Positions 41,364 to 52,133 of a stretch of DNA of 64,000 nucleotides are shown in pieces; position 1 is the first letter of the stretch, and every line of letters starts with the position of its first letter. The position numbers and the translations under genes are program-made. Where the stretch lies: positions 8,774 through 72,773 of the forward strand of contig MGKE01000007.1 of the NCBI GenBank assembly GCA_001794635.1, written 5' to 3'. Under the pieces are notes generated by a model. That model saw only the letters and a list, made by a program, of their open reading frames with translations, was not told the origin of the DNA and searched no databases. This DNA comes from Candidatus Yanofskybacteria bacterium RIFCSPLOWO2_01_FULL_39_28 (GTDB taxonomy: Bacteria > Patescibacteriota > Minisyncoccia > 2-02-FULL-40-12 > GWA2-44-9).

Positions 41364-43217
41364 TTAGTTTTCCAAAACAACTTCAAAGAATAGACCGTCG
41401 CGCAGATCTCTATCTATAACATAACCATCGGGTATAGGCGGCAGTTCCGGATAAAAAACTACCGAACCTTCATCCGTAACAGTTTCTACTCTAGCTTTTA
41501 ACCCGCCCTCAATTACATGCCAGCCGGAACTGCCGTTACCGGGAATATCCTGGGGAATAAGCTCTTTGGTTTCGGCAATTTTTTTATCAAAGAGGCCGCT
41601 TTTAGACTTCAGTGTGACCACGAGAAATATTTTTTGATTTGTGGCACCAAGCAAGCTGGAAAAATTTCTCAGAAAATCATCCACTCCCAAAAAGTAATCG
41701 GGAATAATCTTTTGTTTTTCCGTCCCGCCTCTTTGGCTGATAATCTGAAAAAACCAGGCTGAACTATAAATACCGAGTGCACCACCGACTCTTTTCTCGG
41801 CAGTCTTATCGGTATCAAGAGTGTCTTTGTTGTAAACAGGTTTTTCAACCTTGTCCCAATCAATCTCGATAGATATTTTTTTTCCGATGGGGTCTGCGGA
41901 TCCATTCCGATCAACGAATATTACTTCAAATTCAGGATCTTGACCGTAAATAACTTTGCTCGGAAATTTATAAGCCCCAAGCACAAACGTTCGGCCTTGG
42001 CCGGCTATAAAGTTAACGGAGATGGAAACTTCGGATATTTTCAGATCATAATCATTTTGAAACAATCGGCCATAAACCCGGGCAAAGAAAGATTCATATG
42101 CCGCTCTATAGGAAGAAAAGAAAAGGGTTTGAGCCCCGAATCTCGTGGTACTGGAAGCAAATAATTCTTTCCATAGAATCGGCTCGTAGCCCTCAAGTTC
42201 AACTTTTGAATCAATTTGGGTAACGCTTGCTTCTTGAGGCAGGGGAGCGCCGTATGTTTCACCTAAAATACTAAATACTTCTTGGACCAAAGACGGGGTT
42301 AATAGCGAATGAGATATTTTAATTTGAAAATTATGAATAGTTTTGCCCTCCGATTTAAATTCCAAATTAAATTTATTCAATCCACTAAGCAGAATCAGGG
42401 AAGTTTCCCCGTAAATACCGTAAGTTGAGTCAAAAGTAATAGTTCCCAAAACTTCTGAAGTTTTACCGACCAGCTTAAACGAATCTAGTTCAGAAATAGA
42501 AGTACCCATAACTTCAGCGGTGCGAAAACTGTAAATTACATTTTTAGCTCCGAGAAAAGGATGACCAAAAGCATAAATCCGGCCATTGGTATCAATGTAA
42601 GTAATTGTTCCTAAAGCGCTAAGGGTATTGGATTTGCCTGTTTCGTCTGACCACTCGGCCAGATCAACAACGATAGGCATGCCGGGTTTTAATTCAATTT
42701 TGGAACCCTGCCAAATAGAGCTGGAGCGACCTTGGCTAACCAGAATGTTTTGCTTATATAATGGAATTGGTTCAAATTTCATTCCCAAATAATTGAAGGA
42801 AGAGGCGCCACTTATGGTTTGACCAAAACTTGACTCTTTTATCATCAGGGATATAGGCGAAATCCCACCCCAATTCCAATTAAACAATGGAAGAGTATTT
42901 ACACGGAAAGCCAAAGCTCCGACTAATTTATCGCCAACATAAACGGGACTTCCGCTCATTCCACCGGCAATTTTATGGGAAGTAACAAACATAATTGCTT
43001 CACGAGTAGACCCTCTATATACACCCCTCAAAACGACGTCATAGCGCTTTATTGGAGTCCCTCTTTCAACGGAGTGAAAATAAGCTTTTACTTCTTTATT
43101 GGGACTAGATTCAATCAAACGATCAACCTCTTCAAGAGGCATTAACTCTTGAGCATTGGCCAAACCAGATAAAACCAAAAAAACCAGAAACAATAATCCA
43201 ATCTTTACTTTTCTCAT
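41364..43217 (-). CDS. Secreted SpoIVB/S55-like serine peptidase domain protein (617 aa)
   Basis: Signal peptide. GGMSGSPVYVGDKLVGALAF resembles the S55 active-site stretch GMSGSPII..G.lIGAvt. Confidence 0.65.
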   Translation of the reverse strand: MRKVKIGLLFLVFLVLSGLANAQELMPLEEVDRLIESSPNKEVKAYFHSVERGTPIKRYDVVLRGVYRGSTREAIMFVTSHKIAGGMSGSPVYVGDKLVGALAFRVNTLPLFNWNWGGISPISLMIKESSFGQTISGASSFNYLGMKFEPIPLYKQNILVSQGRSSSIWQGSKIELKPGMPIVVDLAEWSDETGKSNTLSALGTITYIDTNGRIYAFGHPFLGAKNVIYSFRTAEVMGTSISELDSFKLVGKTSEVLGTITFDSTYGIYGETSLILLSGLNKFNLEFKSEGKTIHNFQIKISHSLLTPSLVQEVFSILGETYGAPLPQEASVTQIDSKVELEGYEPILWKELFASSTTRFGAQTLFFSSYRAAYESFFARVYGRLFQNDYDLKISEVSISVNFIAGQGRTFVLGAYKFPSKVIYGQDPEFEVIFVDRNGSADPIGKKISIEIDWDKVEKPVYNKDTLDTDKTAEKRVGGALGIYSSAWFFQIISQRGGTEKQKIIPDYFLGVDDFLRNFSSLLGATNQKIFLVVTLKSKSGLFDKKIAETKELIPQDIPGNGSSGWHVIEGGLKARVETVTDEGSVVFYPELPPIPDGYVIDRDLRDGLFFEVVLEN

Positions 43218-43272
43218 TTTGTTCCTTTTTTAAAGAACTGTTACCGTAAGTTAAATATAACTAATCAGCCAT

Positions 43273-44265
43273 CTATTGCAATAACCCCGAATCTTTTTCT
43301 TTAATATAGGTGACGACCCCAAGTTTGTTCAAATTTTGATTATATTTTTCTAAGACAAATTTTTCAAAAGAACGCGGATGAAATTCGAGTTCATAATCAT
43401 TAAAAACTATTCGGCCGCCGGATTCATAAGTAACCGGGTTGGTTTTAATTTTGTTTTGCTGAATTTTTTTAACCAAATCTTCAAAAAAATCTCCCAAATC
43501 TGAATTCAAAATAAATTCAAAAAATCCGGCAACAGACAAAAATATCCTGCCAGGATTTACACTTTTCTCAACAAGTTTTTTTTTGGGTTTAAAATTGTAT
43601 AGGTAGTTGTTAATCCAGAGATTGGCGTCATAAAATCTTTCAACAAGATCCCGTTCAATCATGGCCGGTTTTAAATTAGCGTAGGTTTGAGCATTAAACA
43701 AGCTTTCATGTTTTATTTGAAGGCTTCTGTCGGTAATAAAATGATTAAAGCAAAACTTATCAGGCGCCACCTTTTCATGTTTCTTTCGCCTTACTCCAAG
43801 AACAGAAGTAATTAGCCACAAAAAAAGACGACAGGTATAAAGCCGGCCAGATTGAGCAATAATTAAAACATCAAAATCACTTTCCTCGTCAGTATTGCCA
43901 AGAGCAAGTGAACCGGAAGCAAATACACCTCTTAAATAAGGGGCTAGTGCTAAAAACTTGACCAATTTAAGAAACTTTTTACGTTTATGATAAGCAATGT
44001 TTTGGGCTTGGATTCTTGCATCATAAATTTCTCTCCTGCCTCTTAAAAAATAAAACTCATCTTCCTGGCCAATAATTTCTGAGGCAACCAATTTGTTCAA
44101 CTCTTCTTTGACTTCATTAAGACTAATTTCTCCAATACCAGATTTAAACATTGAGATCCTTGATGGATTGATTAAATTGCCATGAATCTCTGAAAAAGTA
44201 AGCGGGTGCTCAAGGGTATCATAATATACAAGAGTAGCCAGAATTGAATTACGAAGATAAGTCAT
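43273..44265 (-). CDS. Pol-beta-superfamily nucleotidyltransferase domain protein
   Basis: GVFASGSLALGNTDEESDFDVLIIA is the GS..(D/E)xD NTase motif. Confidence 0.7.
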   Translation of the reverse strand: MTYLRNSILATLVYYDTLEHPLTFSEIHGNLINPSRISMFKSGIGEISLNEVKEELNKLVASEIIGQEDEFYFLRGRREIYDARIQAQNIAYHKRKKFLKLVKFLALAPYLRGVFASGSLALGNTDEESDFDVLIIAQSGRLYTCRLFLWLITSVLGVRRKKHEKVAPDKFCFNHFITDRSLQIKHESLFNAQTYANLKPAMIERDLVERFYDANLWINNYLYNFKPKKKLVEKSVNPGRIFLSVAGFFEFILNSDLGDFFEDLVKKIQQNKIKTNPVTYESGGRIVFNDYELEFHPRSFEKFVLEKYNQNLNKLGVVTYIKEKDSGLLQ

Positions 44266-44316
44266 AATAAATAATTATGTCAAAAATCAAAAAGCTCTAC
44301 AAACCGTAGAGCTTTA

Positions 44317-45519
44317 TTACTTGAAAAGCCATCCGAGACCAAAAACCAAGATCGCCGCAACAAGGAAAATCGGCCAAAGATCTTGATTTCCCTCCTGCTT
44401 GACTGGCTGAACACTTACGCTTCGATGAGAGTTTATCGATTCTCTCAGAAAAGCGAATGGACTATCCTCAACCCCATCTATCAGAAATAGGTCAGCTGAA
44501 GGATCTCCACCGGTCCTCGATATAAGCAATCGAAGATTGTTCGGATTGACACGAGTTATACCCTGAGCCACAAGATCCTTTTCGTCAGACTCCCAATAAT
44601 CAAAGTTCAGCTTGTACCTATTCTTCAAGATATCGACGAGCTGAACGCCCCTTCTGGTACCTATGCCAACGGCATAGATCCCAAATCCCCTTTTTTTGTA
44701 CTCAAGAAGAACTAAATCCAACCTCTTTCGATATTCTTGAATTGCCTGAGCTTCTTTTAAATTCTCTGCCTGTCTCTCGGGATCATTGGTTGGAGAAGGA
44801 AGATCAAGACCGAAATCACCGTCAGAGAATATAAACAGTACTCTATTGGTCTTATATCCGACTGTAGCTTTTTTGTTGCCGGTCAAATACTGCTCATACA
44901 GATCGAGAGATTGATAAACACTCTCAAGCCCGACGACTATATCAGAAGAGTTGAGGTAGAATTCTCTCTCAATCAATGTCTTAGGAGGAACAAGCAAGGA
45001 AGACACCCGGTTAAAGAATTTATCAGCATGCCTGTTGAAATCTACCAAAGGCATCGGCCCTTTGGAACCATTGGCAAAAATGAAAAAAGAAACCTTGTCT
45101 CCGCCCTTAATAACATTGGAAGAAAACAGATTTAGAATTTCCCTTCTTGCTATTTCGACCCGGCTCAAGTTGGACGGACCCCAATCCTGCGCAAATTCAG
45201 AGAAAGATGTGCCAACCAGAATATGTAGCTCCACCGGCCCAGTCACCGGAACAATCCCATTCCTAGAGATAGAAGGTTTAGCTAAAGCTGTCATTCCTAA
45301 TCCGAAAAACAAAATCATAAAAAGCCAGAACCTTAAAGGTCCTAAAAACGAATAAATAGAACCATGAGTCCTTACCGGCATTTTTATCAGGCGTCTTATC
45401 AGCACAGCAGTAAAAATAATCAAAAGCACAGGGATACCATAAAGACCGAAAAGATATTCAGGATTAGCAAAATAAAAATTATTACTGAGATCCTCCCACT
45501 GAACCAAGATAATCCCCAT
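44317..45519 (-). CDS. Membrane protein with a vWA-like domain (degenerate MIDAS), Bat-cluster member
   Basis: N- and C-terminal TM segments. HILVGTSFSEF replaces DxSxS. RVLFIFSDGDFG is a vWA beta-strand pattern. Confidence 0.6.
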   Translation of the reverse strand: MGIILVQWEDLSNNFYFANPEYLFGLYGIPVLLIIFTAVLIRRLIKMPVRTHGSIYSFLGPLRFWLFMILFFGLGMTALAKPSISRNGIVPVTGPVELHILVGTSFSEFAQDWGPSNLSRVEIARREILNLFSSNVIKGGDKVSFFIFANGSKGPMPLVDFNRHADKFFNRVSSLLVPPKTLIEREFYLNSSDIVVGLESVYQSLDLYEQYLTGNKKATVGYKTNRVLFIFSDGDFGLDLPSPTNDPERQAENLKEAQAIQEYRKRLDLVLLEYKKRGFGIYAVGIGTRRGVQLVDILKNRYKLNFDYWESDEKDLVAQGITRVNPNNLRLLISRTGGDPSADLFLIDGVEDSPFAFLRESINSHRSVSVQPVKQEGNQDLWPIFLVAAILVFGLGWLFK

Positions 45520-45521
45520 AT

Positions 45522-46238
45522 TTACCCCTTCTTCTTAGAATCGCTTCCGCCGCCCGGTTTGGTCGGATCTATCCTCCCGGGCTCGCCATCCTTAGGTGTT
45601 CCGGAATTGGGCTTGTAGCCAAGGGTCAGGCGAGGCGGTCCGGGACCCTCAAGAGCCTTTTTAGTATCTTCCGGATCAATGGAAAGATCAAAGTTAAAAC
45701 TGTGATTGAAGTAAACATCTGGGCCAGGACCTTTTTCAACGGCCACCTTGAAATCTTCGCTTATTTCTTCGTTGACCATTTTTATAATCTTCTCTTTTTC
45801 AGTTTCAGTCTTAGCTGACCCGTAAAGAGCCTGGGCCCTTCTGAACTTCGCTGAAGCAACCAACTGAGAAGCTAAATGATTATTCCTATTATCCTGCAGA
45901 TCCTTGTCATTTATAACAGCATCAAAATCACCAATAAGGTAATGACGCACCGCTCTATCGATATAGTTTTCCTTGTACCAAAACCTATCTGCTGCCCACC
46001 GCAGACCCAGTCTACCGGACAAGCTGTAATAATAACCAAGAGCCTCCATTTCCTGCTCAATCAGCTCAGTATCTTTAGCCTCAGCAGCTAAGTTGAAAAG
46101 CTGACGATGGTTGTAAAATCCACCCAAAGTAAAAGAAGCATAAGCAACAATCAAGACTAGAGGTAGCAACAATGTCATAACTACGAACCGCTTGCGACGC
46201 CTGGAACGGACATCTTTAATGGATCTTTGCTCGGCCAT
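45522..46238 (-). CDS. Membrane-anchored hypothetical protein with a Gly/Pro-rich tail
   Basis: N-terminal TM VVMTLLLPLVLIVAYASF, helical repeat-like middle, C-terminus PGPPR..GEPGRIDPTKPGGGSDSKKKG. Occupies the position of BatC-type proteins. Confidence 0.55.
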   Translation of the reverse strand: MAEQRSIKDVRSRRRKRFVVMTLLLPLVLIVAYASFTLGGFYNHRQLFNLAAEAKDTELIEQEMEALGYYYSLSGRLGLRWAADRFWYKENYIDRAVRHYLIGDFDAVINDKDLQDNRNNHLASQLVASAKFRRAQALYGSAKTETEKEKIIKMVNEEISEDFKVAVEKGPGPDVYFNHSFNFDLSIDPEDTKKALEGPGPPRLTLGYKPNSGTPKDGEPGRIDPTKPGGGSDSKKKG

Positions 46239-46330
46239 TTTTGTCTCCTATTTGATATTTCAATGAACTTGGATAAAACAATACAATAAATCCCGGCACT
46301 TTTCAAGACCCACAACAACCTCCAAATCAC

Positions 46331-46364
46331 CAAAACAAAAATCCCCAGCATCATGCTTGGGGAT
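46331..46364 (-). terminator. Intrinsic terminator
   Basis: ATCCCCAGCA/TGCTTGGGGAT stem followed on the minus strand by TTTTGTTTTG. Confidence 0.7.
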
Positions 46365-46381
46365 CATCAGCAAACTATAAA

Positions 46382-47512
46382 TTATGGGGAACGAAGTCCG
46401 AATAATTCAATCAATAGGCCCAAGAAAATTGCCAAAAACAGAAATACTAGAGCAGGTGACAAAAATACCTGGAACAGATCCGTTCTTATGCTAAATCTCT
46501 TAATCCCGACCTCCGCTCTTTCGAGCCGGTTAATCTCCTCATAGGCCTTCTTCAGGCCCTCCACGCTCATTATATCAAAATACTTCCCGCCATACTCACT
46601 CACTCTCTTAGCAAATTCAGGGACTTGATATGGCACAAATTGCCCATCCTCATCATAAGTTCCATTACTGGCAATATAGATAAGGTAGGGCTTAATGTTC
46701 CGGAACTGAAGTTCTTTAAGCTCTTTTTCTGGAAAAGAATAAACATCAGCATCGGTTATTATCAATATGGAACCACTCTTGATTTTTCTGGCCCGCTCAT
46801 TCTGATTTAAATATTTTACTAAGGCCTGCAGGGCTGGCGCAATATCAGTACCTCCGCCATCGCCGTATACCTTCTGGCATCGATAATCCGGAATATTGAG
46901 GATAGGACAGCTGGAATAACTTACCCATGGCGCGTTGTACACCTGAAAATAGTAAAGCTCATCGTCATCAAGGGTAAACTCCTGTATCATGTGGGGGTTA
47001 GAGGCAAAAACCCACAAGGAAACAAAGTCTTTCTGCCCCCGACGCATTTTAACGAACTCCAGATGACTTTCAGCGGCGATCTGGGCTTTGGTTTCTTTTG
47101 AATTGGTAAAAAATTCGGCCATCGAGGTGGAATTATCCCTCAGATCTATCCTTATCCTCGATTGGACCGTCACATCCTCTTCCTTGATCTGAGTTAAGAA
47201 TGGGACAGCCAAAGCAACAAGGAAAATAAGACAGGTCCCGATAACGAACAATTTCGGAATAAAGTATTTGAACCTTCTTGGAAATCCGTGCTGGAATTTT
47301 CTATAGGCATCCTCGCCGACATTGACCATAGAGAATCTCCTTCTCGAGAATATTTCTATGATTAACTTTAAAACAACGACCACAAACAATAAGAGGCCCA
47401 GCTTAACGGCCATATCAAGATCGACATACTGAACCTGATCAATATCCAACTCCAGAAGACGATATATATTTGACATTATCAGCTGCCAGAATTCACTGGT
47501 CTTACTAACCAT
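46382..47512 (-). CDS. vWA domain membrane protein (BatA-like)
   Basis: Two N-terminal TMs, MIDAS DLRDNSTSM (DxSxS), ILIITDAD, C-terminal TM. Confidence 0.8.
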   Translation of the reverse strand: MVSKTSEFWQLIMSNIYRLLELDIDQVQYVDLDMAVKLGLLLFVVVVLKLIIEIFSRRRFSMVNVGEDAYRKFQHGFPRRFKYFIPKLFVIGTCLIFLVALAVPFLTQIKEEDVTVQSRIRIDLRDNSTSMAEFFTNSKETKAQIAAESHLEFVKMRRGQKDFVSLWVFASNPHMIQEFTLDDDELYYFQVYNAPWVSYSSCPILNIPDYRCQKVYGDGGGTDIAPALQALVKYLNQNERARKIKSGSILIITDADVYSFPEKELKELQFRNIKPYLIYIASNGTYDEDGQFVPYQVPEFAKRVSEYGGKYFDIMSVEGLKKAYEEINRLERAEVGIKRFSIRTDLFQVFLSPALVFLFLAIFLGLLIELFGLRSP

Positions 47513-47583
47513 AACCGGTCCTTCGGCGAGACATAATTTGCCTTTCTTTTTTATTAAAATTTCAACGTCCTTAAGCTAGAATC

Positions 47584-47620
47584 TAAAATAAAATCCCGTT
47601 CTTTACAAGTACGGGATTTT
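47584..47620 (-). terminator. Intrinsic terminator
   Basis: AAATCCCGT/ACGGGATTT stem followed on the minus strand by TTTTATTTTAG. Confidence 0.65.
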
Positions 47621-47628
47621 CTAAAGAC

Positions 47629-48804
47629 TTAAGGATAGGTACCGACCAATTCGGACACCAACCCCAGAACCAATGCGAAGAACATGACCAGAAGACCACT
47701 TATAAGAAAAGGTTGAAAAATATCCATTCTGGCAGTTCTCTTTATCTCTTTTTCCTCTATTTTCTCAAGGTGGTCTATGGTTCGATAGGCTTTCTCCATT
47801 GCAAGTTTGTCGTTGATGTCAAAGTAGACACCGCCGTAACTTGCCAAGGTCTTCTTTAATTTTTCGGTATTCTCTTGCCGTATCGCAGAATTAATCTCTT
47901 TAGAATTACTATAGTTAGTATTAGCAATATAAATGACATACGGTCTGATGCCCCTATTCTGCATTTCTCTGAGTTCTAATTCGGGATATGTTGAAGCTGC
48001 TAGATCCGTTATCATCAGAATAGCCCTTGGACGATTACTTGTCCGGCCATTCTCGTCAAAATACCTTATACCAGCCATTAGCGCGCCGGCAATATCGGTA
48101 TCGCCTTCTCCTGGCCAAAGACCTATTCGTTCTTTAGACACTACTATGTCTATGCAAGCGTCATTAGGATCGTTGGCTGAATGAGGGAGGCACTGATGCC
48201 TTGGATCGGCCAAGACATAAGGCGCATCCCTGACTTTAGGAAAGTACAACTCGCTGTCATCGCTGAAGCCTTCTATATTATAAGCCTCGGTGCTGAATAC
48301 CCAGATTGATATCCGATCATTCTGACTCTTCCGCATCTCAAGAAATTTTAAGTAATAATTCCTGGCAAATTCTGCCAGCGACATGTCGGCCTCGCCATAA
48401 GGCCAACCCATCGATATTGAAAGATCGATGAAATCTATCCTTTCCCTAGACTGAGTTATCCTTATTTCCTCGCCGGCACTTAACAAATGGGGGGCGGCCA
48501 GAGCAATACTGAAGAAAGCAACCCCAATGAAAGATAAACCGTAAAGAAGTCTAAAATATGCTTTCTTGATGAAATTAGTCCTGGGATAAATTAAATGGCC
48601 GGAGTACATAATTGAATGCTTACGCCGGCCAAATACCAACATTGCCACCTTAATAAGAAGGAGGGCTCCGATAATATACCAGACTAGAACGGCTAGCCTC
48701 ACATTCCCGTACCTAATAGCAGAAAGATCAAGATCAAGAAAGATTCCTAGTTTTAAAACAACAGCTTCATAAAAACTTAACATTTCAAGGATTATCTTTT
48801 CCAT
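47629..48804 (-). CDS. vWA domain membrane protein (BatA/BatB-like, paralog)
   Basis: MIDAS IDLSISM, ILMITDLA. Same topology and C-terminal block (GG.YFDI...AY..I..LE) as 46382..47512. Confidence 0.8.
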   Translation of the reverse strand: MEKIILEMLSFYEAVVLKLGIFLDLDLSAIRYGNVRLAVLVWYIIGALLLIKVAMLVFGRRKHSIMYSGHLIYPRTNFIKKAYFRLLYGLSFIGVAFFSIALAAPHLLSAGEEIRITQSRERIDFIDLSISMGWPYGEADMSLAEFARNYYLKFLEMRKSQNDRISIWVFSTEAYNIEGFSDDSELYFPKVRDAPYVLADPRHQCLPHSANDPNDACIDIVVSKERIGLWPGEGDTDIAGALMAGIRYFDENGRTSNRPRAILMITDLAASTYPELELREMQNRGIRPYVIYIANTNYSNSKEINSAIRQENTEKLKKTLASYGGVYFDINDKLAMEKAYRTIDHLEKIEEKEIKRTARMDIFQPFLISGLLVMFFALVLGLVSELVGTYP

Positions 48805-49910
48805 GAAAGTTTATCAAGCAAGCCAGTCAAGAACATTTTATGCCACCGGAGAGAATTGATATCGTGCTTAATAGATAGAACGTTGTTTCCTAACCGGAGC
48901 CTGGCTGTGTCATTATCCGGACTGGCTAAGCCGCCTTCCAAATAAATTGCTTGCCGTCTAAGATGATAGGCCAGCGAGAGATATGTATTTTTCGGTGATC
49001 CAATCGCCTTGCTGTTCTTAACCTTCTCTTCTATCTGCCCAGGGGTATCACCAGGATTCAAGTCCGTAACAGCAGACAAAAGAAGGGCATTGATACCGAT
49101 ACAAATATCCCGCCTGAAATCGTTCAATTTATCGCTGGACCTAGAGGACTCGAGCTCGCCTATAATCCTGTTTAGTGTTGAGGCTAATCTTTTCCTTGCC
49201 TGTCCGAAGGTAAGCGCTTCACTGGCAACGACGTATTGGCTTAGTTCACCATCTGGCGCAACCGGATCGGTAAGCATACCGGCCCTTGACCTCTGAGACG
49301 ATCTTAGCCAACTGACCATGAGAAAAACCCAGAGACCAAGAAAGAGAACGGCTGTACTCGGAATAACAAACCGGTAAAGCCAAGCCCTCTCCGAAACATT
49401 ACCCAATTTAAGACCGTCCCTGATGTCAAGATAAGGGTCGGTGGGAATAGTCGTTGTCACATAATTGATGTGAACTTCAAGCGACTCGACCGGTTCTTCG
49501 GTCTTAAGTTCGCTTGCCTCATCACCGGCCATTTTCTTGGCCCAATCGAATTTTATCTTCGGTATTTTTTTGAGTCCTTTTTCCTTGCCGATTATTCTGA
49601 AACTTACCAAAACATCCTGCCAATACTCGCCATTCTTTGGAACAAGATCATTTAACTTGACATTCATCACCTCAAACGGTTCGCCAACCTTGGACTGAAA
49701 GTTGTTAACGTCTATCTGGTCGGTAAAAATAACTATCTCTTCTTTCCATCTTGTCAAGTCAAGATATCTGATGCGGTAATTGACTGTAAACACCTCGCCT
49801 GTCTTAACTACTGTGGGAGTAGGCGGAAATGTATCAACCGCAATGGGTTGAGCATAAAGCGGGGTAGCCAAGAGTAGAAGGATAGCGGTTCCAGCCAATT
49901 TGTACCTCAT
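48792..49910 (-). CDS. BatD-like / DUF4381-like membrane protein
   Basis: Signal peptide LLLLATPLYAQ, N-terminal Ig-like region, central TM (VLFLGLWVFLMVSWL), cytoplasmic tail. Located between the DUF58 and vWA genes. Confidence 0.5.
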   Translation of the reverse strand: MRYKLAGTAILLLLATPLYAQPIAVDTFPPTPTVVKTGEVFTVNYRIRYLDLTRWKEEIVIFTDQIDVNNFQSKVGEPFEVMNVKLNDLVPKNGEYWQDVLVSFRIIGKEKGLKKIPKIKFDWAKKMAGDEASELKTEEPVESLEVHINYVTTTIPTDPYLDIRDGLKLGNVSERAWLYRFVIPSTAVLFLGLWVFLMVSWLRSSQRSRAGMLTDPVAPDGELSQYVVASEALTFGQARKRLASTLNRIIGELESSRSSDKLNDFRRDICIGINALLLSAVTDLNPGDTPGQIEEKVKNSKAIGSPKNTYLSLAYHLRRQAIYLEGGLASPDNDTARLRLGNNVLSIKHDINSLRWHKMFLTGLLDKLSWKR

Positions 49911-49986
49911 GTTCTTGCCTTTCTTGTAAAAGAGCCAGCGAATTTAATAAAAATTAAATAAAAAAACGCCGTTTGTCAACAGCGTT

Positions 49987-50937
49987 TTAAAATCTTAGAA
50001 GCTTGTGCCGTATCATGAAAAACTTACGCAATCTGTTAATCTGTTTTCCCGGCTCAAGGACCACCGAGTAAATACCGATCTTCCTCAGCTCTTTTCTAAG
50101 AGCCCGTCTTTGTCTTCTTATCTCTCGCCCTATTTCGTGGGCTTGTTTTCTTGAAATGGTTATCTGATCTCCGGTTTCAATATTCTCAAGACGCAAAGAA
50201 CCTGGACCGGCCATACTGGCAACTTCCAGAGGATTATCCAAAAATATGAATATGACCTCGTGCTTGGAAGCGATGAACTTTAATAATCGTAGGGATTGAT
50301 TTGAGGCAAGCATCCTTTCAAAACCGACAAAGTCGGAAATTACCGGAATAAAGCACTGCCTATCGCACGTCCTTCTTATAAAATCCAGCATCACCGCAAA
50401 ATCAGTCTTTCTGACATTGATCTTCTTGCCATCAGCCGGATGTCTTTCCATGAAATCATACAAAGTCTTTAACATGTGTACGAAACTGAACACTCCGCCC
50501 TTTGGTGGAAGGTTCAGAACTATCCTGTCAGTAAAGCCAGTCAACCCTATTTGGTCCTGATACCTGGCGCCGGTCGTACCGATGAAACCGACCGCCTCAA
50601 GAAGCATCCTCCGTTTGCTATGATCAATACCGGCATCTATCGCGCTACTCGATAAGTCAACAAAAAACCTGATTGGAACCTCATGTTCCTCAATCGTTTT
50701 CATCGCCCAAATTATGCCTTCATCCGGATCATACAAAGACCAAACTATGAGATTAGACGGGTCTCTGTCTTCGTCGTATTCCCGAATATCAAATAGGATA
50801 TTGCTTGGACCAAAAAAAACGCTTTTATGGGAACCAAGTCGTAGTCGTCTTGATAACTTAATTAACGGAATGCCGCCTTTTATATGATCCAGGGACGATA
50901 AAATATCACTGAATTTGAAGCTTATTTGGGAATCCAT
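49987..50937 (-). CDS. DUF58 family protein (vWA-like, MoxR partner)
   Basis: Immediately downstream of the MoxR ATPase and overlapping it. FKEFREY-like segment (FDIREYDEDRDPSNLIVWS) followed by a vWA-like fold pattern. Confidence 0.7.
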   Translation of the reverse strand: MDSQISFKFSDILSSLDHIKGGIPLIKLSRRLRLGSHKSVFFGPSNILFDIREYDEDRDPSNLIVWSLYDPDEGIIWAMKTIEEHEVPIRFFVDLSSSAIDAGIDHSKRRMLLEAVGFIGTTGARYQDQIGLTGFTDRIVLNLPPKGGVFSFVHMLKTLYDFMERHPADGKKINVRKTDFAVMLDFIRRTCDRQCFIPVISDFVGFERMLASNQSLRLLKFIASKHEVIFIFLDNPLEVASMAGPGSLRLENIETGDQITISRKQAHEIGREIRRQRRALRKELRKIGIYSVVLEPGKQINRLRKFFMIRHKLLRF

Positions 50938-52064
50938 GTTTCGGCCAGTATTCTTTCGACTATTTTTCTTGGCGAAACGTCATCGCTCAGAGTGCTTGGC
51001 TGAAGCATAAAAACATGCTGCATTACTGAAGGAGCTATCGCTTTAACATGCTCAGCTAGAACAACTTCATTTTCGCCCGTCATCCAGGCATATGCTTTGG
51101 CTGCCGCTTTCAAATGATAATTCCTTCTGGGTGAACACCCGCAGGCAACGTATTTATTGATAAATTCCACTAAACTTGAGTCCGCATATCTCTTTCTTTT
51201 CTCGCCAAAGTCCTCTATGTCCTGCGAATATGGTCTGGAATTATCATTATATCTCTGAACCAACTCACGAGCTTGGTCTGACAGCCGAAGACTATCAACC
51301 ATCTCCGCAATATCCAGCAAGTCGCTTAAATCTCCAATAACTTCCACTTTTTCATTGACAACATTTTCTGATTCAATCCTCATTTCATCTTCTCGGGGAG
51401 GTAAACCGATTTTAAACCGATAAGTGAACCGATCCTGCTGAGCCGGCGATAAAGGAAAAGTTCCTTCAAGTTCAATCGGATTGGATGTGGCTAAAACTAT
51501 AAAAAAATCTCTGCCCTTAGGATCACCAGGAACCGGATAAAGCGGATACGGCTCTGATTTGATGATTCCGGTATTTGGATCAGTAGTGTTCATCATGACA
51601 TGAGCACCCTCCATACCCGTCAGGAGAGCGGTCAAGCTCTTGGCTGGTGTTCTGGTCAGCTCGTCATAAGCCAGAACATGACAGTGCAAGGGGCCCTTCA
51701 TCAATGTTCGAGTCCCGGTGATCACATCCCTCTCTTCTTTACCGATTAAATCCTTGGGCATCATATCAATCGTACCGACAAATTTGCTGATATCCGCTCT
51801 CAGGGCCGATGATAAATGGGTGAGAATAGCAGTTTTACCGCGGCCATGCCAATCCTCAAGATAAACATGAGCTTGGGCCTGTTTCTTGCCAAGCTTGTCA
51901 TCTCTCCACATGGGCGTAATAAAAGCCATAACCGTACCGAAGATGGCTCGATTGGCTCCGAAAACAAATTTCATCGGTTGCCGTATCACTTCCTTGACAA
52001 ATTCTCTACCTTCTTTACTGTTCCTAATCATTATTATCTCCAGATTTTCAATGTTCTTTGGCAA
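50922..52064 (-). CDS. MoxR-like AAA+ ATPase
   Basis: Walker A HGRGKTA, Walker B plus MoxR motif VLAYDELTRTPAKSLTALLTGMEG, LATSNP..EGT..L..AQ.DRF. Confidence 0.85.
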   Translation of the reverse strand: MPKNIENLEIIMIRNSKEGREFVKEVIRQPMKFVFGANRAIFGTVMAFITPMWRDDKLGKKQAQAHVYLEDWHGRGKTAILTHLSSALRADISKFVGTIDMMPKDLIGKEERDVITGTRTLMKGPLHCHVLAYDELTRTPAKSLTALLTGMEGAHVMMNTTDPNTGIIKSEPYPLYPVPGDPKGRDFFIVLATSNPIELEGTFPLSPAQQDRFTYRFKIGLPPREDEMRIESENVVNEKVEVIGDLSDLLDIAEMVDSLRLSDQARELVQRYNDNSRPYSQDIEDFGEKRKRYADSSLVEFINKYVACGCSPRRNYHLKAAAKAYAWMTGENEVVLAEHVKAIAPSVMQHVFMLQPSTLSDDVSPRKIVERILAETWIPK

Positions 52065-52093
52065 TAAAATTACATAAAATTTATACTATGTCA

Positions 52094-52118
52094 ATATAAA
52101 ACGCCCCTGAATGGGGCG
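52094..52118 (-). terminator. Intrinsic terminator
   Basis: CGCCCC-tgaat-GGGGCG followed on the minus strand by TTTTATATT. Confidence 0.65.
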
Positions 52119-52133
52119 CTGTTCTACGAGTCA